Part shown: piece by piece, positions 21,750 to 34,041 of the stretch | How positions within the stretch are numbered: position 1 is the first letter of the stretch | Layout of the letters: each line of letters begins with the position of its first letter | Origin: the human T2T-CHM13v2.0 reference genome, Homo sapiens | Assembly (NCBI RefSeq): GCF_009914755.1 | Contig: NC_060943.1 | Reading direction: 5' to 3' (one strand) | DNA: 64,000 nt | Made by a program: the position numbers and the translations under genes | Notes under the pieces: generated by a model | Database searches by the model: none | Told to the model about the DNA's origin: nothing | What the model saw: only the letters and a program-made list of their open reading frames with translations

Positions 21750-22620
21750 GATACTCTCCAGGCATCAATTATCACCCAAGTTCAACAGCTATGAGAACAC
21801 AGCCCTGCTTTCCTAGACACAGGTGGGGGAAGCAACCTGAAGGTCTGCAGAGGGGAGAAAAAACTGGCAGGAGGGTCTCAGGAAAGGTCACTGGAAGCCT
21901 GGAGGGCGAGTACCCCACACTTCCTGGAAGGACTCTGAGCAAGTGCAGAACAGAGAGACAGCCAGGGAGACAATCGGCAGAGGCGGGAGACAACCCAGAG
22001 GAGGAGACAATATTTACACACCACACATCTCACAGGGCTCCTGTGCAAAACATAAGCAACTCAAACTCCTCCAGAGCGAGAAAACACATAACCCACTAGA
22101 AGGGCTTAAGGCGCCTGTGTGGACATCTCAGATGAAGACATGTGAATGGCCAGCAGGTCTAGGAAAAGGTGCTCGTCATCACTCATCATCAGGGACATGC
22201 AAATCCAAACCACAAGGCACCCCTCACGCCTGCTAGAGTGGCTGTTCCCAAAAAGACACATGGAACGAGTGTTGGTGAGGATTCGGGGGAAAGGGGTCCT
22301 CTGCGCCCTGTGCTGGGATGTAAATTAGAGCAGCCGATATGGGAGACAGTATAGAAGCTCCTCAGAAAATTGAAAGTCCAACAACTGCATGAGCCGGCAA
22401 TCCCGCTCTGGGGCAGGTACACAGAGGAAAGGAAATCAGGACGTGGACTCCAGAACAGTGAAACTCTGAAGTGACAGACGGTGGGAAGGTGGAAAAACTA
22501 CCTACTGGGTACTATCCTCATATCCTGGGTGACAGGTTCAGTGATACCCAAAACCTCAGCATCACTCAGTACACTCACGTAACAAATCTGCACAGGCACC
22601 CACCGAACCTAAAATAAAAG
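21750..22620 (+). mobile_element. Old L1 (ORF2 3' end/3'UTR) fragment in ZSCAN5B intron 1; near-identical copies at about 30800-31670 (-) and 52830-53700 (+)
   Basis: CATCACTCATCATCAGGGACATGCAAATCCAAACCAC and GATGTAAATTAGAGCAGCC resemble L1 ORF2 C-terminal DNA; three copies aligned by eye. Confidence 0.8.
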
Positions 22621-23934
22621 TGGAATTTTTTTTTAAGTTATCTATTTTTGTTTTTAAACTTGCAGCAGTGTCTTGCTCTGTCACCCAGGCTGGAATGCAG
22701 TGGTGCATCCTGGCTTGCTGCAGCCTTGACTTCTTGGGTCCAAGTGATCCTCCTGCCTCTGCTTCCCAAAATTCTGGGATTACGTGTGAGCCACTATACC
22801 TGGCCTACTTAAAATTATTTTTATTTTTATTTCGTTTTATTGATTTATTTTTTGAGACAGAATCTCACTCTATCCCCCAGGCTGCAGTGCAGTGGCCGAT
22901 CTGGGCTCACTGCCACCTCTGCCTCCCGGGTTCAAGCGATTCTCCTGCCTCAGCCTCCCGAGTAGCTGGGATTATAGGCGTGAGCCACCCCTCTCGGCTA
23001 AATTTTGTATTTTTAGTAGAGATGGGGTCTCGCCATGTTGGCCAGGCTGGTCTCAAACTCCTGAACTCAAGTGATCCCTATGCCTCGGCCTCCCAGAGTG
23101 CTGGGATTACAGGTGTGAGCCACCGCACCTGGCCATTAAAACTTTTTTTTAAAAAAATAAAAGAAATAAAGTTAAATAGGTCTACTGCACAGCATGGTGA
23201 CTATAGTTCACAGCAATGTACCGTATACTTGGAAATTGCTAAGGGAGTCGATTTCAAGTGTTGTCCAAAAATGATAAGACAGGTAGAGCCTATGGCAGTT
23301 TGCTCGATTTAGCCGTTGCACAATGCGTACACACCTTGACACACTATGCTGTGCACCGGACATATACACCATTATATATTTATATTTCTCAATTTGAAAG
23401 TAAATTAGGCCTGGTGCGATGGCTCACTCCTGTCACCCCAGTGCTCTGGGAGGCGGAGGTGGCAGGATCACTTCAGCCCAGCAGTGAACCGCGATTGTGC
23501 CACTGTGCTCCAGCCTGGGAGACACATCCAGCGGCCATCTCGTTTTGTTTATTTATTAAGTAAATCGATACATTTTTTAAAAGCATACAGATATGAGAAA
23601 AGGCAGCCTGAAATTCTGGGAATTAAAGAGGTTTTCCCGCCAGGTTCCCTAAGCGCCCCTGCTCAGAAAGCGGAGATCGAGGCTGAGGCGGGCAGATTGC
23701 TTGAGCCGAGGAGTTCGAGACCAGACTGGGCAAAGCAGCGAGACCACGTCTCTATAGTAAATAAAAAAATGCACTCGGGCGGTGTGGTGGTGTGCTCCTG
23801 CAGCCCCAGCTAGGTGGAGGCCGAGGAGGGCACATAGCTTGAGCCTGGGAGTTCCAGGCCAGCCTGGGAAATGAGCGAGACCCCGTCTCTGAAAAATAAA
23901 ATGAAACAAAACCTAACCATGATGAGAAAGTTAA

Positions 23935-24144
<210 letters not shown>

Positions 24145-24512
24145 TAGCGGGTATTACGGGCGCCCGCCACCACGCCCGGCTAATTTTTGTATTTTTGTTA
24201 GAGTCGGGGTTTCACCATGTTGGTCAGACTGGTCTTGAACTCCTGATCCCGTGATCTGCCCACCTCGGCCTCCAGAGTAGCTGGGATTACAGGCGTGCGC
24301 CACTGGGCCCGACCGAGAAAGTTAATATTATTCCTAGTTTACAGAAGCACTTCATCGCCAGTCAGAGTTAATCATGGGGTGCAAAGGAGACCCGCTGCCT
24401 TCACAAAGTCTCCGAGAAAATAAATGCATGAGAAAATAAACCCAAACTTTCTGAAACCAACCCCCCGCATGCCAGCTCCGAAACCCCACAGCCATCGCCG
24501 CTGGACACTCAC

Positions 24513-24700
24513 CTTCTTCCCGGCTTCTGCCTCCGACCTTCTCGGTCTGGGATGCGCTCTCCAACCGGCCTGGAGCTGAACTGCGTCTATTTATGGAGAA
24601 GCGGGACTCCAGGCCGCGTTTCCGGTTCCCTGCGCCGCGCCGTGATTGGTTTAGGGCCACAGAGTCCATTTTCGTAATCGGCGTTGATTACATTTCCCAC
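24513..24700 (-). promoter_or_regulatory. ZSCAN5B: ZSCAN5B promoter and non-coding exon 1 (donor after 24513; CATAAATA 24588-24595; CCAAT 24645-24649)
   Basis: CpG-rich; CCAAT, TATA and AAG|GTGAGT donor in the correct order on the minus strand; same layout upstream of both paralogs. Confidence 0.8.
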
Positions 24701-25898
24701 TGAAACCCCACCCACAGGAAATTAATGTATTAAACGTGCCTACTGTGCAAATAATACAGGTTTTCCCGCTCTACTGAGTTGTCATATTGCTGAAGTATGT
24801 GGAGGCCTCAGAAAATATAGATCTGCAAGTTTTAACCACTTTGGGTCCCCTCATGCCACAGACAGTAATATCCTAACAAGTAAAGGACGTGTTAAGAGCT
24901 GGTTGACTTCGCTTATTAAAACAAAACGGAAAAAGAAAAAAAAAAGAAAAATTCAAAATAGAGTTGGTTGATTAATATCAAACCAGTGATTTAATCTCAT
25001 TTTTAATCTCATTTGAGCGAAGCTTTCACACGCGAATTCCAAGATGTTGAAAATTGTGGACACTCGTTGATATGTAATGAATGTTTGTGATAATTTTTTA
25101 CTTTTTTATTTTTTTCAAAATCTTGGAATTGGCATGTGAAAGCTTTGTTCAAACTAAACTAAATCACTGATTTGATATCAGCCTTATATAAAAGCAGTGG
25201 GAACCAGAGAAAGGCACATGGTCCCCACTCTGCATTCATTCCAGGACGGTGATAGGGTGGTTTATAGATACACTGAGGGTCCTACGGGGTTCCCTAGTTC
25301 TCAGCCCCCTCAGTTAGGGCTCTCAAGCAAGAAAAGCCTTAACGGTGGGTGTGAATTTTACTGTGTGGATCATGGAGTTAATGTGGAATGATAATTAAGT
25401 GCTAGGCAGGATTAGATTACAATTTGGGAAGTTCACACCATCAGTTGGATGACACTAATCCATTCAAGTAGTGACTCATTCATTTTAATTTCAGAGGAAA
25501 CCTTCTCGTCTAACCTTTAGGACAAATTGGAGGGCTGTTAATTTTACACTGATTCTGGTTTAAATCCTTGGAAAATCTTAAGCCGCTTCACTCTGGGAAC
25601 TTCAAACTTCTTGTGACTAGAACCTTCCTGATGTGTTGTTTTGAAGATGCAATAAGACTGGGTCAATAAAGTGCTCGATACAAGGTCATTTTGCCAAACA
25701 GTTGTGACAATTATTTTCTGGTGCATTTTCTCATACTTTGTGATATTTTCCCTTCTTAACCACTGAGGTGTTGACAATGGGTTGGAGTTAAGAATGGAAT
25801 TAATGGCCGGGCGCGGAGGCTCACGCCTGTAATCCCAGCACTTTGGGAGGCCGAGGCGGGCGGATCACGAGGTCAGGAGATCGAGACCACCCTGGCTA

Positions 25899-26147
<249 letters not shown>

Positions 26148-26189
26148 CTATCTGCTTCCCCCGAATCCTCCCCTCTGGAAACTCACAGT

Positions 26190-26800
26190 CTATTTCTGTG
26201 AAGTATGTTGTTGGTATTTTGGTAGGGATCGCATTGAATCTGTAGATGTCTATTAATAGTATGGTCTTTTTCACAATGTTGATTCTTCCCCCTACGAACA
26301 TGTCTTCCCATTTTCTGGGGTCCGCTTTAATATTTTTCATTAGTGTTTAACAGTTTTCCTTGTGGAAATCTTTCACCTCCTTAGTTAAATTTACTTCCAG
26401 GGTTTTGGGGTGTCTTTTGCTCTTGTAAATGAGATTGCTTTCTTGATTTTTTTCTTGCCACTAGTTCGTTGTTGGTGTATAAAAACACTACTGATTTTTG
26501 CATATCGACTTAGTATCTGGCCACCTTACTGAATTGGTTTATCAATTCTAAGAGTTTTACTGGTGGAGGTTTCAGGGATTCTTATAGATGACATCATGTT
26601 GTTGGCAAAGAGAGACAATTCGACTTCCTCCTTCTGAATTTGGATGCCCTTTGTTCGTTGCTCTGGTTGAGACTTTCCCAACACATTATTATTAACGAAG
26701 GTCACCAGGCTGAAGTTTGGAAACAGGTATATATTGTGATGCAATCGCCAGGACCAAGCTAGTTAACATCTCCCTCAACTCACATAGATACCACGTTCTT
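26190..26800 (-). mobile_element. Degenerate L1 fragments upstream of ZSCAN5B (paralogs at about 27410-27610 + and 56410-57290 -)
   Basis: Minus-strand translation resembles L1 ORF2 (GRINIVK...IYRFNAIPTKIP; [15 protein letters not shown]). Confidence 0.75.
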
Positions 26801-27873
26801 TCCTTCTTCTTATTTGTTTAATTCTCAATTATTGGGCTCAAGCAATCCTGCTTCAGCCTCCCTAGCAGCTAAGACTACAGGCACGAGCCACATCTGGCTT
26901 TCTTTTGATATCGTTTTTTTTTTTTCTTTTTGAGATGGAGTCTCATTCCATCACCCAGGCTGCAGTTGCAGTGGTGCGATCTTGGCTCACTGCAACCTCT
27001 GGCAGGAGGATTGCTTGACCCAGGAATTATGGACATAAATAGATAATGAAAAGAAAATAGTCACTATGTGAGTTGACGAATACATTAATTAGCTTGATTG
27101 TAGTGATAATTACACCATGAATAGGGATATGTAAACACCAGCATGGTGACCTTAGTCACCAAGGACGGATAGAGGCCAGGAATTGGAGAGCAGCCTGGGC
27201 AACATAGCGATACCCCCATCTTTACAAAAAAGTTTGTTAATTAGCCCAGTGTGGTGGTGCTTGCCTGTAACTCCAGATACTCAGGAGGCTGGAGCAGGAG
27301 GCTCTCTTGAGCCCAGGGGTTCAAGGCTGCAGTGAGCTATGAGTTTTCCATTGCACCCAGCCAAGGTGACACAGTGAGACCTTGGCTCTAAAAATAAATC
27401 AATCAATAAACAAATTTATCCACACAGGTAGGAGATCTCTACAAGAAAAACTATAAAATACTGATGAGAGGAAATGAAGAGGGCACACAAATGGAAAGAT
27501 AGTCCATCTTCATAAATCGGAAGAATTCACATTGTGAAAATGACCACACTATTAAATAGAGATCTACAGATCCAACTCAATCCCTACCAAAATGTCAAGG
27601 ACATTCCTCATGAGAACATGACATGTTTCAAGAGGAGAGGATTGGAGGGAATTGGGTAGGTAGATGGTGGTTTTAGGCAGATTCTAGTTCATTCCACTTA
27701 ATAACTCCATCTGAACTCTGACTCACTATCAATACCTCAATTCTTAACAAGGAAAAACATCACAGAGTATGAGAAAATGCATCAGAAAATAAGTGTCAGA
27801 ACTTTTTGGCAAAATGACCTTGTATCGGGCACTTTACTGACATAATCTGGTTTTTTGTTTGTTTGCTTTTTGA

Positions 27874-27969
<96 letters not shown>

Positions 27970-28914
27970 TGAGCCTCCCGAGTAACTGGGATTACAGGCA
28001 TGCGCCACCACGCCTGGCTAATTTTGTATTTTTAGTAGAGATGGGGTTTCTCCATGTTGGTCAGGCTGGTCTCAAACTCCTGACCTTGTGATCCACCCGC
28101 CTCAGCCTCCCAAAGTGCTGGGATTATAGGCGGGAGCCACCACTTCCGGCCAACATAATCTTATTTAATCTTCAAAACAACATGTCAGGAAGGTAATAAT
28201 TCCCTGGTTCTAGTCACAGGGAGTTTGAAGTTTCCAGAATTCAGTGGGTTAAGATTTCCTAAGGATTGAAACCAGAATCAGTATAAAGTGCACTTAATTG
28301 TCATTCCACATGGTCTCCATGATCCACACAGTAAAATTCATACCACCATTAAGGCTTTTCTTGCTTGAGAGGCCTAACTGAGGGGGTTGAGAACTAGGGA
28401 GCACTCAGTATGTCTATAAACCACCTCCCATCATCCTAAAGTGAATGCAGAGTGGGGACCATGTGCCTTCCTCTGGTTCCCACTGTTTTTACCTAAGAGT
28501 AGGTTGGCTGATATCAAAGCAGTGATTTAGCCTAGTTCAAGCACAGCTTTCCCATGTCAATTCCCAGATTTTGAAAAGTGAAAAATTATCACTACTACTC
28601 ATTATGTATCAACAATGACTGTCCCTTTTTTTTTCAATATCTTGACATTCACATGTGAAAGCTTTCCTTAAACTAGAGCAAATCACTGGTTTGATATTAT
28701 TCAACCAACTCTTAACATGTCCTTTACTCATTAGGATATTACTGTCTGTGCCATGAGGGGACGCAAAGTGGTTAAAACTTGCAGATCTATAGTCCCTGAA
28801 GCCTCCAAATACTTCAGAAATATGAAATGTAATTCAGTAGAGCGGGAAAACCTATGTTATTTGCATGGTAGGCATGTTTAATACATTAATTTCCTGTGGG
28901 TGGGGTTTCATTGA

Positions 28915-29101
28915 GAAATGTAATCAATGCTAATCACCTTCAATGGATTCTATGGCCCTAAACCAATCATGTGGGGGCCCAGGGGACTGGAAGAGAGGCC
29001 TGGAGTCCCGGGGGTTCTCTATAAATAGACAGTTCAGCTCCAGAGCAGTTGGAGAGCACATCCTAGAAGAGAGGAGGCTGGAGGCAGAAGTCAGGAAGGA
29101 G
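28915..29101 (+). promoter_or_regulatory. ZSCAN5C: ZSCAN5C promoter and non-coding exon 1 (CCAAT 28963-28967; TATAAATA 29020-29027; donor GTAAGT at 29102)
   Basis: Inverted paralog of the ZSCAN5B/ZSCAN5A promoter. Confidence 0.75.
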
Positions 29102-32100
29102 GTAAGTGTCCACTGGGGATGTCTGTGGGGTTTTGGAGTTGGCCTGCAGGGGTTGGTTTCAGAAAGATTTGGATTGAGGGGTTGGTTTCAGAAAGATTTG
29201 GGTTGGGGTGTTGGTTTCAGAAAGATTTGGGTTTATTTTTTCATGCATTTGCCCGGACACCTTGTGAAGGCAGTGGGTCTGCTTTGCACCCTATTATTTA
29301 TTCTGACTTGTTATATAACTCTCCCTTAAAATAGGAATAATATTAACTTTCTCATCGTGGTTAGGCTACATTTTATTTTTTAGAGATGAGATCTCTCTCA
29401 TTGCCCAGACTAGACTGGAATTCCCGGACTCAAACGATCCGCCTGCCTCTGCTTCCCAAGTAGCAGGAACTACAGGCACTTGCCACCATGCCTGAATAAA
29501 TGTTTAATTTTTTTTGTACAGATGGGGTCTCAGTACATTGCCCAGGCTGGTCCTGAACTCCTGGGATCAAGCATGCTCCCATCTTGGTCTTCCAAACTGT
29601 TGGAATTACAGGTGTGAGCCACCTTGCTGGCCACACACCACTTGTTAAAAAGCATCGCTGGATTCTCCCTTTCCACAGGGTAAAATCAGCCATTGATGAA
29701 TGGGCATCAACCTACTAGGCCAATGAGAATCTGCACTAAGTGTCCCTACCTGGGGGTCCTGTGTGCTGTATACTCCCAGAATTGAATACTAACCCGCGTA
29801 CCTGCCTTTATTTTTTCCCATGTCCCATTGCTTGTTTTAATGGGAAATGAACTGACAGCGAATACAAAGTGGTTTCTAGGAACATGAACCCCTTTTTTTA
29901 GAGACAGGCTCTCACTATGTTGCCCAGGTGGTTGTCAAACTCCTGGGCTCGAGGGATCCTCCCTCCTCAGCCTCCTGAGCAGCAGCAGGTGCCCTGTGGC
30001 AAAATCATTTTTAATTCCAGAATTTCAGGCTGCCTTTTCTCTCTCATATCCATATGCTTTTTCAAAAAAAAAAATTTACTTTTAAATTGAAAAACAAGAA
30101 AGATACGTATTTATGGTGTACAGCATAATGTGCTTTGCAGGATAGAAACAATGTAAAATGGGTAAATTGAGCTGATATTCACATGCCTTACTTTATGGAC
30201 TAATCATTTTTGGTCATGAGGATGCTTAAAGTCTACTCTTTAAGCAATTTCCAATTATACAATACATTGTTATGAACTGAAGTCACCATGTTGGACAATT
30301 GCTCTCTTGAACTGATCTCTTCAACTGAAATTCATACCCTTAAACCTATATCTCCCCAACCCTCACCATAGCCCTGTTAACCACCATTCTACTCACTGCT
30401 ACTATGAGTCTACTGGGAATTTTTTTTTTTTTTTTTTTTTTTTTGGTGACAGAGTTTTGCTCTTGTTGCCCAGGCTGGAGTGCAATGGCGCGATCTCTGT
30501 TCACCACAACCTCTGGCTCCCGGGTTGAAGTGATTCTCCTGCCTCAGCTTCCCAAGTAGCTGGGATTACAGGCATGTGCCACCAAGCCTGGCTAATTTTG
30601 TATTTTTAGTACAGACGGGGTTTCTCCATGTTGGTCAGGCTGGTCTTGAACTCCCGACCTCAGGTGATCCGCCCATCTCAGCCGTCCAACGTGCTGGGAT
30701 TACAGGCGTGAGCCACCACACTCAGCCTGAGTCCACTAGGTTTTTAATTATTGTTTACATTACCTACTTCTTTTATTTTAAAAACTATTTTATAATTTCA
30801 AGTTTTATTTTAAATTTGGGGTGTACCTGTGCAGATGTGTTACATGAGTATATTGAGTGATGCTGAGGTTTGAGGTATGACTCTACCCATCACCCAGGAT
30901 GTGAGGATAGCAACCAATAGGTAGTTTTTCAACCCTCCCTCCCTCTATCCCTCCAGAGTTTCACTGTTTTGGAGTCCACGTCCTGATTTCCTTTCCTCTG
31001 TGTACCTGCCCCAGAGCGGGATTGCCGGCTCATGCAGTTGTTGGACTTTCAATTTTCTGAGGAGCTTCTATACTGTCTCCCATATCGGCTGCTCTAATTT
31101 ACATCCCAGCACAGGGCGCAGAGGACCCCTTTCCCCCGAATCCTCACCAACACTCGTTCCATGTGTCTTTTTGGGAACAGCCACTCTAGCAGGCGTGAGG
31201 GGTGCCTTGTGGTTTGGATTTGCATGTCCCTGATGATGAGTGATGACGAGCACCTTTTCCTAGACCTGCTGGCCATTCACATGTCTTCATCTGAGATGTC
31301 CACACGGGCGCCTTAAGCCCCTCTAGTGGGTTGTTTTCTCGCTCTGGAGGAGTTTGAGTTGCTTATGTTTTGCACAGGAGCCCCGTGAGATGTGTGGTGT
31401 GTAAATATTGTCTCCTCCTCTGGGTTGTCTCCCGCCTCTGCCGATTGTCTCCCTGGCTGTCTCTCTGTTCTGCACTTGCTCAAAGTCCTTCCAGGAAGTG
31501 TGGGGCACTCGCCCTCCAGGCTACCAGTGACTTTTCCCAAGACCCTCCTGCCAGTTTTTTCTCCCCTCTGCAGACCTTCAGGTTGCTTCCCCCACCTGTG
31601 TCTAGGAAAGCAGGGCTGTGTTCTCATAGCTGTTGAACTTGGGTGATAATTGATGCCTGGAGAGTATTACTCAGTGGCTCTTGCCTAATGAAGCTAGGTT
31701 TAGGAATTAATTTTTAAAAATCTTATTATTGTATCAACCCACTTCTTTAAAATATCAAAGAGCACTAGACTTTAAATCCATTTTCTGAGATGAGATTAGG
31801 AATAGAGAAACCCTTAGAGACAGAAGGTAGATTAGTGATTGCCAGGGGCTGGGGTGGGTGGGCAGGCGGTGATCACTGATGAGGATGGGGTTCCTTTTAG
31901 GGTGATGAGATAATTCTGGAGCTAGAAACTAGACAGTGGTAATGGTTGCACAACATGGTGCATGTCTTAGTCCCATGAAATTGTTCACCTGAAGAGGGTA
32001 AAAATGATGAAATTATGAATGTGCATTTCACCAAAATAACAAAATATCTGTGTAGGAGCTTAATCCTCATAGGATTCTTTAGTGCTGTCCCTTCTCTGGA

Positions 32101-32692
32101 GCGAATAATTCTGGGATTAAGAGGGTTTGTTGTGGGACAATATCTTACGTTGTAACTATTTTTATTTGTCTTATTGCATAATTATGACTAAGGATTTGCC
32201 TTGGATCTTATCTTGATAAGAAAACATAAAGAATTGACATGATTGTTATATCAGATTTTAGGCGCTTCACATTCCTGTCCTATTTTATTTACAGTCAAAA
32301 ACAATGTTGTTCGATGGGCAGGAAAACCAATTCAGCCTTTGCACAATGATCCCCTAGAGATCAGAATCCAGGGGAGTATTCAGATTTTACTCCAGAACAT
32401 GTGGTCAGGTGTAGACACTGGAAGAATAACAGAGTGGATTGATTTCCACGGTGCTGAGTCCAATGCTAGAGGGGAAGTGGGGTCTGGGATTGGGATGAGG
32501 GATTTGGAAGGATGGGGTGGGTAGAGTAGAAACTTTAACAGAGCTCATGCTTTTTTTCCCTGCAGACTTCTGAATGAACAGTGAATCTATTACTGAGAAA
32601 AACCAGGGGTGGCCTGTGTATATAGGTCGCAATTAGACACCGGCTTCTGGAAGAGCTTTCCCAGAGACAGATTGAAATATTCCCCAGTAGAC

Positions 32693-33076
32693 ATGGCTGC
32701 AAATTGCACATCCTCATGGAGTCTAGGAGAATCCTGCAACAGCCCTGGGTCAGAGCCACCACAGTCCATGCCATCCCCAGCAACTCAACTTGGAAATCAT
32801 GACAGTGATCCTGAGACTTGTCACGTGAACTTCAGGATGTTCAGCTGCCCGAAGGAGTCGGACCCCATCCAGGCTCTGAGGAAACTCACTGAGCTGTGCC
32901 ATCTGTGGCTGAGGCCCGACCTCCACACCAAAGAGCAGATCCTGGACATGCTGGTGATGGAGCAGTTCATGATCTCCATGCCCCAGGAGCTCCAGGTCTT
33001 AGTCATGATGAACGGTGTGCAGAGCTGCAAAGACCTGGAGGACCTGCTACGAAATAACAGAAGACCCAAGAAATGG
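32693..33076 (+). CDS. ZSCAN5C: ZSCAN5C first coding exon, SCAN domain (exon starts at about 32566)
   Basis: [25 protein letters not shown]...SCAN...RRPKKW|GTGAGT; 384 nt. Confidence 0.93.
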
Positions 33077-33837
33077 GTGAGTGGGACCCTCGTGATTGGT
33101 GCAGGGAAGGGGAGCTGGGATGGGGGCTGCATGGTGCAGCTGGACTCGAGAGGACCCGAGGGGCTGCTCTAGGTCAGGGCTTCCAAGTAGAGGAGAGTTT
33201 GCCCATCAGGGACACATGGCAGTGTCTGGGGACAGTTTTTATTGTCACAAGGGGGAGGACAGGAGACGCTGCTAAGCATTCTCCAAAGCTCAGGACAACC
33301 CATCATGACAAATAATCTTCCAGATTCCAATATCAGCTGTGCTGAGACGGCAAGTTCCTGGTGTAGGAGATGGACAGGCAGAGGGGGTACAGGGACCCAC
33401 ACACTGTGTGAGGCCAACATGAAAGAAAGACATTGGTGAAATATTAGGCCTGATGGAATGTAGGGAAGGAGGCATTAGAGTGAACTGAAGGGGGGCCCAG
33501 AAATACCATCCTGAGGCAGGGAAAGTGGCTGGTATCAGAGATTCAGGGATCTGCCTCCAGGTCCGCACATGAGCCCGCCATCAGCCAATTGAGTTGGATT
33601 CACCCAGAATATTTCTCCCTCTTTTCTCTTTGGTTTAGAGACCCTTTCATCTAAAGGACTCATATTTATATACTTATCTAGAAAAGAAAAAAGTTCACAC
33701 AGAGCTGATTCTGCATCGGGAAGGCAGATTTGAACATTAATTACAGTAAAGTGTGAGCATTATGGCAGGACCCAGGGAATATGAGAGCTACTTTCAGGTT
33801 CTCATAGTTAGTCTGATTGCTTTTTTTCTCTCTATAG

Positions 33838-34041
33838 TCTGTAGTCAGTTTTCTTGGCAAGGAATATCTTATGCAGGAATCAGATGTGGAGATGGCTGAA
33901 GCCCCCGCCAGTGTCAGAGATGATCCGAGACACGTGTCCAGCCAGCGGACCTCCTCTGTGAACCAGATGTGTCCGGAGGAAGGCCAGGCCAGCCAAGAGC
34001 TGCAGACCCTGCCCAGGGTCCCTGCACTGTTCAGGAGGCAG
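33838..34041 (+). CDS. ZSCAN5C: ZSCAN5C coding exon 2 (204 nt)
   Basis: [23 protein letters not shown]...LFRRQ; TATAG acceptor, GTGGGT donor. Confidence 0.9.

Noticed and set aside
21772-22422. ORFs conserved in three copies (MRTQPCFPRH..., MYLPQSGIAG..., MASRSRKRC...)
   Set aside because: Conservation covers all frames and both strands, so it reflects DNA-level homogenisation of an L1-derived tract rather than coding constraint
22620-23312. 230-aa ORF and the many similar ORFs containing [11 protein letters not shown] or [12 protein letters not shown] motifs across the window
   Set aside because: Alu translations
24352-24669. 105-128 aa ORFs (MDSVAL/MDSMAL...) at all three ZSCAN5 promoters
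   Set aside because: They start upstream of the CCAAT and TATA boxes and run through the exon-1 donor into the intron; similarity reflects promoter paralogy
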